From: an uncultured bacterium
GTDB lineage: Bacteria > GCA-001730085
NCBI GenBank assembly: GCA_964565945.1
Contig: CAZMGY010000024.1
Span: 11,599 to 43,598 of the forward strand
Reading direction: 5' to 3'
Length of the DNA: 32,000 nucleotides
Shown: positions 1 to 8,631 of the stretch, piece after piece
Layout of the letters: each line of letters begins with the position of its first letter
How positions within the stretch are numbered: position 1 is the first letter of the stretch
The notes under the pieces: generated by a model
What the model saw: the letters and a program-made list of their open reading frames with translations, nothing else
Told to the model about the DNA's origin: nothing
Database searches by the model: none
Made by a program: the position numbers and the translations under genes

Positions 1-395
1 AGGCAGCTATCAAGGTTTCAAAAGTTGGGCGATACTCTTGCATTTTAGCAGAGTTAACGGCTACCTAAGACTCGGATCAGTTGCAAATTGCAAGCTTTGA
101 TACGGCTGCTGTTGAAGCACACATTCAACAAATCCTTGATACTAAAGTAATTCAGCATTTTGGTTCCAGGTAACAACTTTTATGGATTACACATCCATTC
201 AATCATCCACTAGGATTTTAAATGCTCTTTAGCCAAAGCAAAGTCAGACCCCCAGCGATCCAGAGAAGCCACAGGCATTTGATCGCCCTGAATATGAGCG
301 TTCCCATAATCTAAGCAGTCCGCAAAGAGCAACAACTTTCCAGCATCGTACAACTCTTTTTTCTGATCTTCTTGGACAAAACCTATTTTCTACGT

Positions 396-2279
396 TTATT
401 CAGGCATTTTCACACTAGAATCAACCTTGACTAACCCCATCAAAGCCGTCGTGATCGCCTCGGCTTCGGAATCACTGAATCCAAAATCCGGCATGATCAA
501 TTTTTCTAGCGGATTAAGGATTTTTCCATGATCAAAACCACGTGGATTTTTAATTTTATTAAATAACCAATCATGCTTGGTGTGAGGAATATCATGTCTA
601 AAACCAAAGTCAAACTGATGCAAAGTTTTACTAGCAATGCCATTCAATTCACCTCCAATCGGTAAAGCATCTTCCATACCCTCCACCTCATGACACGATG
701 CGCACCCATAATAATTCACCAACTTCTCACCACTAAAAAACTGCTTTTCTTGAATGCTCATTTGTGTCAACTTCTCTTTCGACTGATCTTCGGTCAGCAC
801 TTTATTCATAAAGTCTAGAGTGATTTGATCTAAAATCTTGTGATCTAAATCAGGTACATTTTTCTGACCCAAAGATTTATCTGTTTGACTCATAAGATAA
901 GACGTAATATCAGCAGCTTCTTGATCGCTCAAACGCATATCAGGCATTGTAGTCGCAGGATGATAACTTTGTGGCTCTTTCAACCAATTGAATAACCACT
1001 TCGCATTTGTTTTTGATCCCATATTCAAAAGATTAGGACCCTGCTCACGAGTCAAATCTTTAAGAGTCAAATTTCTCTCTTGACCTATACCAGATTGAAC
1101 TTGATGACAGCTAGAACATCCTGGACCAGCAAGCAACTCTTCACCTTTCACAGGATCACCTTTAACGGGAATTTCTTCCATATCATAGGTTTTGCTTTTT
1201 TCGTAAAGAAAAGCTTTGATCGCATGAATTTCTTGCTCTCCTCGACGCACCGACTCGGCATTGCTGTTATTGGCTAAATTAAAATAAGAAGGCATCCATG
1301 TGTTATGGCGAAAACTTTTAGGATCATGAATCCAATGATAGATCCACGTATCTGTGGTTAACTTGTCCGCCATTTTCTTTAAGTTAGGTCCAGGACGATC
1401 GTAGCTGGCAAACTTATCCATCTTATGACAAGCATCACACCCCGATTGCGCTATCAAGCGAAGACCCAAGTTAAGTTTTTCGGCACCTTTAATTGATGTT
1501 TTTGGGCTATGACATTGAAGACAGCTCGCTTCAATGTGTTTTTTAGGTAACATAGGTTGATCCCACTCAGCCATCGGATGCCAGTCATATTTTTCCTTCC
1601 ACTCTTTGGCTTGCTCGGGGCTATTCGGTGTATGCACCGAACTTTGGAACGATGTTCCCTGACCACGACCTTGATGACAAGATGTACAAGAAGATCCTTG
1701 AATCGGATGAGGAGACTCACTCGACAAATAAAGCTCTAAGTTAGGATGTGTCCGGTCAGGCTGCGGCATATTCTCATAGCCTTTTTTCATAATCCCTTTG
1801 TGACAAGAAGTACAGAGCTCCACTTTAAGAACTTTGGAAAAATGGAGATCACCCTTAATGTCTTTAACCGCCCTTCGATCAATTTTATCATAAGGGTTCA
1901 ACATATCAAGAACAGGCAAGTCGCCCACAATTGATCCCAAGTTGTTTTGAACATCCATCGAACCAAGATCAACTTTTTTCAACTTTCCTTCCAAAACATT
2001 TTTTTGCACCTCAACAACCCGTACATCTCGCCCCGCCTTTTTCAATTCCGAGGCTGTTTTAAGTTTGTCTACCTCCTGATCGAGCAACTCTTTGGTCTGT
2101 GCCGATTCAAACTTACGAAATTCCTTCTGATAAGTTTTCCATTCATTGTTGTAATCTTTAAAGAAAATGATCAGAATCAATGCTAACAACAAAGAGGCAA
2201 CAATAAGAAAGCACTTTCCCAATGAGTTTAAACTATAACAACTTTTTGGCCATTTGTTTTGATTTCGTTTGCTCAACAC
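396..2279 (-). CDS. Membrane-anchored multiheme (six CxxCH) c-type cytochrome
   Basis: 627-aa ORF with one N-terminal hydrophobic helix (FLIVASLLLALILIIFF) and a charged coiled-coil-like stretch. Six CxxCH motifs: CTSCH, CTSCH, CLQCH, CDACH, CSSCH, CASCH. The last three lie in class-I-like modules with downstream Met motifs (WMPSYF, TTMPDM, LIMPDF). The start codon is GTG, preceded by GAGGGTG. Confidence 0.8.
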   Translation of the reverse strand: MLSKRNQNKWPKSCYSLNSLGKCFLIVASLLLALILIIFFKDYNNEWKTYQKEFRKFESAQTKELLDQEVDKLKTASELKKAGRDVRVVEVQKNVLEGKLKKVDLGSMDVQNNLGSIVGDLPVLDMLNPYDKIDRRAVKDIKGDLHFSKVLKVELCTSCHKGIMKKGYENMPQPDRTHPNLELYLSSESPHPIQGSSCTSCHQGRGQGTSFQSSVHTPNSPEQAKEWKEKYDWHPMAEWDQPMLPKKHIEASCLQCHSPKTSIKGAEKLNLGLRLIAQSGCDACHKMDKFASYDRPGPNLKKMADKLTTDTWIYHWIHDPKSFRHNTWMPSYFNLANNSNAESVRRGEQEIHAIKAFLYEKSKTYDMEEIPVKGDPVKGEELLAGPGCSSCHQVQSGIGQERNLTLKDLTREQGPNLLNMGSKTNAKWLFNWLKEPQSYHPATTMPDMRLSDQEAADITSYLMSQTDKSLGQKNVPDLDHKILDQITLDFMNKVLTEDQSKEKLTQMSIQEKQFFSGEKLVNYYGCASCHEVEGMEDALPIGGELNGIASKTLHQFDFGFRHDIPHTKHDWLFNKIKNPRGFDHGKILNPLEKLIMPDFGFSDSEAEAITTALMGLVKVDSSVKMPE

Positions 2280-2401
2280 TACACCCTCAACTTATTTGGC
2301 ACCAAAAAAAATATACTTTAATAAACAATCATAAAACAAATTACAGTTTATTTTCCAAACCTCTTTGTCTTATCCCTAGCAACTTTAAATTATAGAATCA
2401 C

Positions 2402-3484
2402 TCATACCGTCTCCTTAAGCACTTCAGATTGAGATGAAGCCGCTACCTGATTAGAACCAAACTCCTTCATTTTTTCCAACTTGGTATAAAATTCACTGAT
2501 TTTTCGATCGATAATACTATAAACATCCTTAATCGCTGTTTTACGTCGCTGATAGTTTTGTTCGAGAGTCGCTCCCAAATCATCTATGGCAAACAAAGCA
2601 AGTTGATCATACTGAGCCACCTGAGGATCAATGTTACGTGGCATAGAAATATCCATTAAAAGCAACTCTGAAGTCCGATGCCTCATCACGTGCTCCATCA
2701 CTTCGCGATCAACCACATAATGAGGCGCATTCACCGCACAAATGCAAAGGTTGACATCTTGCAAAACCCGTGTTAACTCGAGAAAAGAAACAGCTTCAGC
2801 CTGGAATTTCTCTGCCAAAGCCATAGATTTATCTCGGGTTCGGTTCATGATGTATAGGGTATCCAACGAGCGTGTTGTCAATTGCTTAGCTGCAAGCTCT
2901 CCCATTTGACCCGAGCCTATAAGCAGAACTTTTTTACCACTTAAGCTTCCCAAGTATTTTTCGGAAAAATTAACAGCAGCCCAGCTAACAGAGGTCCCTC
3001 CATAGCCAATTTCGGTTTCCTCATGCGCCAATTTCCCCATACGCACCGCTACTCGGCACAACAAATTGAGTGCACGGCTAAGCATATTCGACTCCTGAGC
3101 TTTGGCAAAAGCTTCTTTTACTTGGCCTAAGATTTGTTTTTCTCCTAAAATTAGTGAGTCCAAGCTTGATATCACCTTAAACAAATGCTCAATGGCATTA
3201 TCTTTGGATTGACGATAAAAATAATTTTTGAAATCACTATGCCATTTCTGTTTTTTGACTTGAAAAAGTGTTTGTAGAACGAATTCGGCATCAAGATTGC
3301 TTCGCACCATGTCAACATAGATTTCAATACGGTTGCAGGTACTCACCACAAAGGCACCCAAAACTTCGTTCCTCAGCTTGAGCTGGCTAAGCAACAATTC
3401 TTGCTCAATCGCCGAAAGACAAAACTTTTCTCTAACTTCAATTGGCGCCGTTTTATGACTAATACCAATAACATCTAAATGCAT
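2402..3484 (-). CDS. hemA: Glutamyl-tRNA reductase (short form)
   Basis: N-terminus MHLDVIGISHKTAPIEVREKF, catalytic-Cys motif STCNRIEIY, and NADPH-binding LLIGSGQMGE. At 360 aa it is shorter than the ~420-aa enterobacterial form. Confidence 0.9.
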   Translation of the reverse strand: MHLDVIGISHKTAPIEVREKFCLSAIEQELLLSQLKLRNEVLGAFVVSTCNRIEIYVDMVRSNLDAEFVLQTLFQVKKQKWHSDFKNYFYRQSKDNAIEHLFKVISSLDSLILGEKQILGQVKEAFAKAQESNMLSRALNLLCRVAVRMGKLAHEETEIGYGGTSVSWAAVNFSEKYLGSLSGKKVLLIGSGQMGELAAKQLTTRSLDTLYIMNRTRDKSMALAEKFQAEAVSFLELTRVLQDVNLCICAVNAPHYVVDREVMEHVMRHRTSELLLMDISMPRNIDPQVAQYDQLALFAIDDLGATLEQNYQRRKTAIKDVYSIIDRKISEFYTKLEKMKEFGSNQVAASSQSEVLKETV

Positions 3485-3546
3485 AAAACCTATTTAGACT
3501 CCACTCTTTTCAGACATCCCTACACAAGAAAAAAAATACACCTCCC

Positions 3547-3574
3547 AATATTATACATGGATTGGTATAATATT
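3547..3574. promoter_or_regulatory. Perfect 10-bp inverted repeat carrying back-to-back divergent -10 boxes (hemA / hemYEN)
   Basis: AATATTATAC-atggattg-GTATAATATT. The right arm reads TGGTATAAT on the plus strand. The left arm gives TATAAT on the minus strand (3550-3555). Confidence 0.4.
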
Positions 3575-3690
3575 ACAAATATTTTTTAATCGTTATGAAT
3601 CCTGCAGTCAAGCCGCAAAATGACAGATAATAGTAGTGATTATAATTGTATAATACATATTTTAATTAATTAAATAATAGGACAGACTCA

Positions 3691-5034
3691 ATGAAGATTA
3701 TCGTATTAGGAGCCGGCATCGCAGGCCTCGTAGCCGCCTATCGCTGCAAACAAACCTATCCCGATAGCACAATCACCATCATCGAACACAAGCCTCAAGT
3801 GGGTGGATGGATCGATTCATTGCATCAAGACGGATTTATTTTCGAGCAAGGTCCTCGCAGCATTCGCCCCAAAGGTAAAGGTCAAGTCCTCCTCAAATTG
3901 ATTGTAGATCTTGACCTAATGGATCAAATTCTCATCGCCAACCCTGCCGCTAAACGCCGTTATATCTATCACCAAAAACTTCTTGAAGTGCCATCAGGGC
4001 TACTTAGTTTAATCCAGTCACCCTTGCAAGGTGTTTTTCTCGAAGCATTACAAACCGATTGGAAGCTTCGGTCGTTCCCTTTCGAAAAAGTGAGTTTGGC
4101 TCAATTTTCTCGGCGCCACTTTGGAGATCGCTTCACACGGCTCATTCTCCAGCCAGCTGTTTCAGGAATTTGGGCGGGAGATATTGAACAGTTGAGTGCT
4201 CAAGCAACTCTGCCTCAGCTCACCCTTTTGGAACAAAAAGAAGGCTCCCTTCTACGCTCTTGGCTTAAGAAAAAAAAGAAGAAAATTCCGTGGCCCTACA
4301 GCCGTGAACTCAAAAAAGCCGTTCTTATATCTTTTCGTCAAGGGATGTCCTCACTCCCTTTAGCCCTAGCCAAACAATTGCACCAACACCTTAAACTCGA
4401 AGAAACGGTGCAAAACATTCAATGGGATGGTCAAACCTACACCGTCCAGACCAACCAAAACAGTTACCAAGCCCAACATATTTTTTCGGCTCTACCAGCC
4501 CACATTCTAAGTCCGTTGGTTTTTGACTGCGACAAAGCTCTCAGCCACAAACTCAGCCAAATCGACTATGCCCCCATCACCGTCGTCACCTTGGCCTATC
4601 AACAGCCCGTTCATGCCATTAAAGGATTTGGCTATCTGAACGTGCAAAACTCATCCCAAGATATTTTAGGAGTCGTGATGAATGATCAAACATTCCCAGA
4701 TCACGCACCCAGCTCTAGCCAATCTCTAAGTGTTATGATTGGCGGAGCACGATTTAAGAACTTTGCTCAGTACTCCCAAGACGATTTTATCACCATGGCC
4801 CAAAACGCTGTTCGGAACCATTTGGGCATCCAAATAAATTCTGATATCGCACACTGCAAAATTATGCCCAAAGCAATCCCCCAATACAATATGGGATACA
4901 ACGGTTTAACACAAAGCCTGCTCCAAAGATGTCCTTTAGGTTTGCACCTGATTGGAAACTACATGGGAGGCGTTTCGGTCATCGACACCATTGCGCAAGC
5001 CGAACACAGCGTTGCCAAGCTCCTCACTCCATGA
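3691..5034 (+). CDS. hemY: Protoporphyrinogen (or coproporphyrinogen III) oxidase, HemY family FAD enzyme
   Basis: N-terminal dinucleotide fold MKIIVLGAGIAGLVAAY, followed by EHKPQVGGWI...GPRS, which is typical of HemY. It is the first gene of a hemY-hemE-hemN operon. Confidence 0.75.
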   Translation: MKIIVLGAGIAGLVAAYRCKQTYPDSTITIIEHKPQVGGWIDSLHQDGFIFEQGPRSIRPKGKGQVLLKLIVDLDLMDQILIANPAAKRRYIYHQKLLEVPSGLLSLIQSPLQGVFLEALQTDWKLRSFPFEKVSLAQFSRRHFGDRFTRLILQPAVSGIWAGDIEQLSAQATLPQLTLLEQKEGSLLRSWLKKKKKKIPWPYSRELKKAVLISFRQGMSSLPLALAKQLHQHLKLEETVQNIQWDGQTYTVQTNQNSYQAQHIFSALPAHILSPLVFDCDKALSHKLSQIDYAPITVVTLAYQQPVHAIKGFGYLNVQNSSQDILGVVMNDQTFPDHAPSSSQSLSVMIGGARFKNFAQYSQDDFITMAQNAVRNHLGIQINSDIAHCKIMPKAIPQYNMGYNGLTQSLLQRCPLGLHLIGNYMGGVSVIDTIAQAEHSVAKLLTP

Positions 5035-5093
5035 CAAAAGCGATATACTATGATTTAATAATAGGCTAACCCAACATATTTAGAGAAATTTCT

Positions 5094-6137
5094 ATGTTAA
5101 CGAGACCTTTATTCATAAACGCTTGCTTAAATCAAAATGATGACCGTCCGCCTGTGTGGATCATGCGTCAAGCTGGTCGTTATTTGCCTGAATATCGCAA
5201 AATCCGTAAGCAACATAACTTTATCTCTATGTGCAAAACACCCGAAGTGGCCGTCGAAGTAACCTTGCAACCCATTCAACGCTATCACATGGACGCTGCC
5301 ATTATTTTTTCCGATATCTTGGTAATACCCCAAGCTCTGGGCTGTCCCCTACGTTTCGAAGAAGGTGTTGGCCCTATTTTTGATCAACCTGTGCGCAACA
5401 CTCACGACGTGGACAAACTGATTGCCGAAGATGCCGCGCATCGGCTTGACTATGTGTATCAAGCCATCAAGTTAACCAAACAAGAACTTAACAATACTCC
5501 CCTGATTGGTTTTGCCGGAGCCCCTTTCACCGTAGCTGCCTATTTGGTCGAAGGACGTTTGAGCAAAAATCTCCACATGATCAAAAAGATGATGTTTCAA
5601 AACCCAGATTTGCTTCATAGTCTCATGGATACATTGACCGACGTGACCATTGCTTATTTGAATCAACAAATCGAAGCTGGTGCCGACGCCATTCAAATAT
5701 TCGAATCGTGGGCTCATGTCTTGTCATGGGATCATTTTCAGTCATTTTCCTACGATTATATTCGCAAAATCATCCGAGGACTTAAGCGCCCCAATCACGT
5801 TCCAGTTATTGTTTTTGCTCGTGGCAGTAGTTTGTTCGCCCCAGTGCTTTCCGATGTTGGAGCTAATGTACTAGGTCTTGATTGGACTTGCTCTCTCAGC
5901 CAAATGAGAGAGCAACTACCCTCTCGTTTAGCACTGCAAGGTAACTTTGATCCACACCTAATGTACGCTTCACCGCAAACCATTCAAACAACGGTTCAAC
6001 ACACCTTAAACACCATGCAAAACAATCCAGGCTACATTGTTAACCTAGGCCAGGGTCTCTTACCAGACATGAACCCAAAGCACGTTCAAGCCTTTGTCGA
6101 AACAGTCCAATCTTTTGCGAAAGAGTCCCTCTCATGA
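5094..6137 (+). CDS. hemE: Uroporphyrinogen decarboxylase
   Basis: Signature PPVWIMRQAGRYLPEYRK near the N-terminus. Length is 347 aa. The stop overlaps the hemN start (ATGA). Confidence 0.95.
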   Translation: MLTRPLFINACLNQNDDRPPVWIMRQAGRYLPEYRKIRKQHNFISMCKTPEVAVEVTLQPIQRYHMDAAIIFSDILVIPQALGCPLRFEEGVGPIFDQPVRNTHDVDKLIAEDAAHRLDYVYQAIKLTKQELNNTPLIGFAGAPFTVAAYLVEGRLSKNLHMIKKMMFQNPDLLHSLMDTLTDVTIAYLNQQIEAGADAIQIFESWAHVLSWDHFQSFSYDYIRKIIRGLKRPNHVPVIVFARGSSLFAPVLSDVGANVLGLDWTCSLSQMREQLPSRLALQGNFDPHLMYASPQTIQTTVQHTLNTMQNNPGYIVNLGQGLLPDMNPKHVQAFVETVQSFAKESLS

Positions 6138-7510
6138 GTACTCCCTCTTTAAGCAAAGAGTTGATTCAACAATACAACGTACAAGGGCCTAGGTACACGA
6201 GTTATCCAACCGTACCTAATTGGTCCGAAGATGTAACTTATCAAGATTACAGTCTAGCCCTTCAAAACATGGGGAAAGACAACCAAGCTATCTCACTTTA
6301 TATTCACATCCCCTACTGTGAAAAACTTTGCACCTTTTGTGGATGCATGGTCAAAATCCGTCCCAATAAACCCTCTGTGGGCGATCATTATTTGGATATC
6401 CTATTCAAAGAGCTTGACCTTATTGATCAAAACGTTCAGAAAAAAAAAGATGTGTTTCAATTCCATATTGGAGGAGGCACGCCCAATTTTTTAAGCATCG
6501 ACCAAATGCAACGCTTATGGGATCGTCTAGCTCAAAGCTTTAATATCGACGCCGATGGAGAAATTGCAATCGAAATTGATCCACGCACCGTTTCACACGA
6601 GCAACTTAAGCACTACCGCAAGTTGGGCTTCAATCGTATTTCGATGGGAATTCAAGACTTTGAGCTCAAGGTTCAAGAAGCCATTAATCGCATTCAACCT
6701 TTCAACTTAGTCCAAAGTATCTTTGCCACCTGCCGCGAACTTGATTACGAATCAATCAACTTTGATCTTATTTACGGCCTGCCCTTTCAAACCCAAAAAA
6801 CATTTCTCAATACCGTTGAACAAGTTAATCAATTGCGCCCAGATCGGATTGCGCTTTACAGCTTTGCGCATGTCCCTTGGCTTAAAAAACACCAAAAACT
6901 AATTGATCTGGCATCACTTCCCAAGCCAGAAGATAAGCTCGACATTTTTCTTAAGACCCGCCAGTTTTTCCTAGAGCACGATTACGATGCTATTGCTATG
7001 GATCATTTCGCTCTCAAAAGCGATGCTATGGCTCAAGCATTTCATCAAGGGGCGCTATATCGCAACTTTATGGGCTACACCCTAAGGTACACGCAAGATT
7101 TTATTGGCCTGGGTCTTTCCTCGATTGGCTTTGTGCAAAATACCTTTGTCCAAAATCATAAAAACCTTAACCACTATCAATCCGCTCTCGAAAAAGGGTT
7201 CCTCGCTACCGAACGCGGCAAAGTTTTGCATCAAGATGATCAAATACGCCTATGGATCATCAATGCCTTTATGTGTCAGTTTTCGCTCAACACACAAACA
7301 TTTGAACAAATATTCGGTCTATCTTTTGGCGACTATTTTCAAGACGAACAAGCCCATATTCAAAACTGTCTCAAAGAAGGCCTCCTTACACAAAACGGCT
7401 ACATTTACCAAGCCACGGAACTCGGCAAACTCTTTATTCGAAACATCTGTATGGGATTTGATGCCTATTTCAAGCCATCCAAAGAACAACGATTTTCACA
7501 AACCATTTAA
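6134..7510 (+). CDS. hemN: Oxygen-independent coproporphyrinogen III oxidase (radical SAM)
   Basis: Radical-SAM cluster motif CEKLCTFCGC. N-terminus YNVQGPRYTSYPT and GGGTPNFL are typical of HemN. Length is 458 aa. Confidence 0.9.
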   Translation: MSTPSLSKELIQQYNVQGPRYTSYPTVPNWSEDVTYQDYSLALQNMGKDNQAISLYIHIPYCEKLCTFCGCMVKIRPNKPSVGDHYLDILFKELDLIDQNVQKKKDVFQFHIGGGTPNFLSIDQMQRLWDRLAQSFNIDADGEIAIEIDPRTVSHEQLKHYRKLGFNRISMGIQDFELKVQEAINRIQPFNLVQSIFATCRELDYESINFDLIYGLPFQTQKTFLNTVEQVNQLRPDRIALYSFAHVPWLKKHQKLIDLASLPKPEDKLDIFLKTRQFFLEHDYDAIAMDHFALKSDAMAQAFHQGALYRNFMGYTLRYTQDFIGLGLSSIGFVQNTFVQNHKNLNHYQSALEKGFLATERGKVLHQDDQIRLWIINAFMCQFSLNTQTFEQIFGLSFGDYFQDEQAHIQNCLKEGLLTQNGYIYQATELGKLFIRNICMGFDAYFKPSKEQRFSQTI

Positions 7511-8631
7511 TGTATTTTTTTGGTCAATTGACGCGACACCATATCTTGAAAAGCTACAAAGACTTCTTCAATAGTAATATCCTTAATGCAGGCAAACTTG
7601 TTTTGACACATCTCTGCTAAACAGTCCGCCCCACTGCAAGGCAAGTTTTTGTCCACCACACGGTGAATCGATTCTCGTGGTCCCCAACGAACGAGGTTAG
7701 AAGGACCGTTCACCAGTACTGTCGGAGTTGCCAGCATAACTGCAAGATGCATTGTTCCCGTGTTGTTACTCACAAAAGCATCACAACGTTTTAGCAAATA
7801 AACCAATTGCTTTAAATCAGTCTGCCCCATAAGGGAAACCACCTGGTCAGGAGCCTTATGCTCCACTTTCTCCCAAAAAACACTCTCTTCTTTAGTTCCA
7901 GTCAACACAATGCGACAGTCATACTCCTGAGCAATGCGAGACATCAACTGAATGTATTTTTCAATATCCCAGGCACGGAAAGGCCGTAAGGCAGAGCATG
8001 AAGTATGCAAACCAATCACAAAATCATCTTTCGCAATTCCATAGTTATCCTCCAACCAATCATCCATCGCTCTCTTTTCCTGATCAGACAACGACCACAG
8101 AACATAGTTCAAAGATTTAACCTCGAGACTCTTTTTAATAAGAAATTTAGGCACATCTTTTTCATACATTTGTGTCGGATCAACGTCATAAGCTTCATGA
8201 TACAAAAATCCATGAATCCCAACATCAAACCCTATTCTCCAAGGAATCCTAAGCAAAAGCATCATTAATGCCATCATCAAAGTGTCGCCATAAGACAAAT
8301 CAATTGAAAGATCAAAACGTTTCCGCTTTAGCATCATCCACAAAGCCAACTTGTCTTTCCGCGACATCGATGGATCATAAGCCAAACATTCCACCACACC
8401 AGGTATCATTTGAAGCAAAGGAACATAAGGAGGTTTCACCAAAAGCGTCACTTTCGCCTTAGGGAAATGTTCAATCAGCGAATAAATCGCCTCTAAACTT
8501 AGAGCCACATCTCCTAATCGGTCACAGCGAATCGCTAAAATATGATTGGGAACAGTCGGCTTCTTGCCTGGAAATACAATCCTTTTAGCCAAAACAAAAC
8601 GTTTTAATAACAAAAAAACTTTTTTTTTCAT
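7507..8631 (-). CDS. Glycosyltransferase family 9 (heptosyltransferase-like)
   Basis: N-terminal ILAIRCDRLGDVALSLEAIYSLIEHFPKAKVTLLV and C-terminal FVSNNTGTMHLA match the GT9 (RfaC/RfaF-like) pattern. Its ATG overlaps the murE stop (ATGA). Its stop overlaps the convergent hemN stop (TTAA). Confidence 0.75.
   Translation of the reverse strand: MKKKVFLLLKRFVLAKRIVFPGKKPTVPNHILAIRCDRLGDVALSLEAIYSLIEHFPKAKVTLLVKPPYVPLLQMIPGVVECLAYDPSMSRKDKLALWMMLKRKRFDLSIDLSYGDTLMMALMMLLLRIPWRIGFDVGIHGFLYHEAYDVDPTQMYEKDVPKFLIKKSLEVKSLNYVLWSLSDQEKRAMDDWLEDNYGIAKDDFVIGLHTSCSALRPFRAWDIEKYIQLMSRIAQEYDCRIVLTGTKEESVFWEKVEHKAPDQVVSLMGQTDLKQLVYLLKRCDAFVSNNTGTMHLAVMLATPTVLVNGPSNLVRWGPRESIHRVVDKNLPCSGADCLAEMCQNKFACIKDITIEEVFVAFQDMVSRQLTKKIH

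Noticed and set aside
1-209. Possible gene fragments at the left edge. These include a minus-strand ATG at 43 reading out of the window, a 34-aa minus-strand ORF, and plus-strand frames ending at 48, 68 and 100.
   Set aside because: The fragments are too short, have no SD and show no recognisable motif. They cannot be supported from this window.
1080-2186. Several 60-90-aa ORFs in the track that overlap the cytochrome gene (plus strand 1080-1277, 1557-1739, 1746-1934, 1947-2186; minus strand, other frame, 1454-1720).
   Set aside because: They lie entirely within a strongly supported gene and have low-complexity or odd composition with no SD. They are typical shadow ORFs. The same reasoning applies to the other short overlapping ORFs listed inside hemE, GT9, murE, ftsI, rsmH, mtnA, pepA, menB, menD, menF, msrA, the SDR and the T1SS gene.
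4261-4290. A-rich run encoding KKKKKK inside hemY.
   Set aside because: It is an interrupted run (AAGAAAAAAAAGAAGAAAA) in a surface-loop-like region. Low complexity of this kind is common in AT-rich genomes, and there is no evidence of a frameshift.
7104-7574. 156-aa plus-strand ORF overlapping the 3' end of hemN in another frame.
   Set aside because: It overlaps the well-supported hemN and GT9 genes. The sequence is Lys/Ser/Thr-rich with no recognisable motif and is probably spurious.
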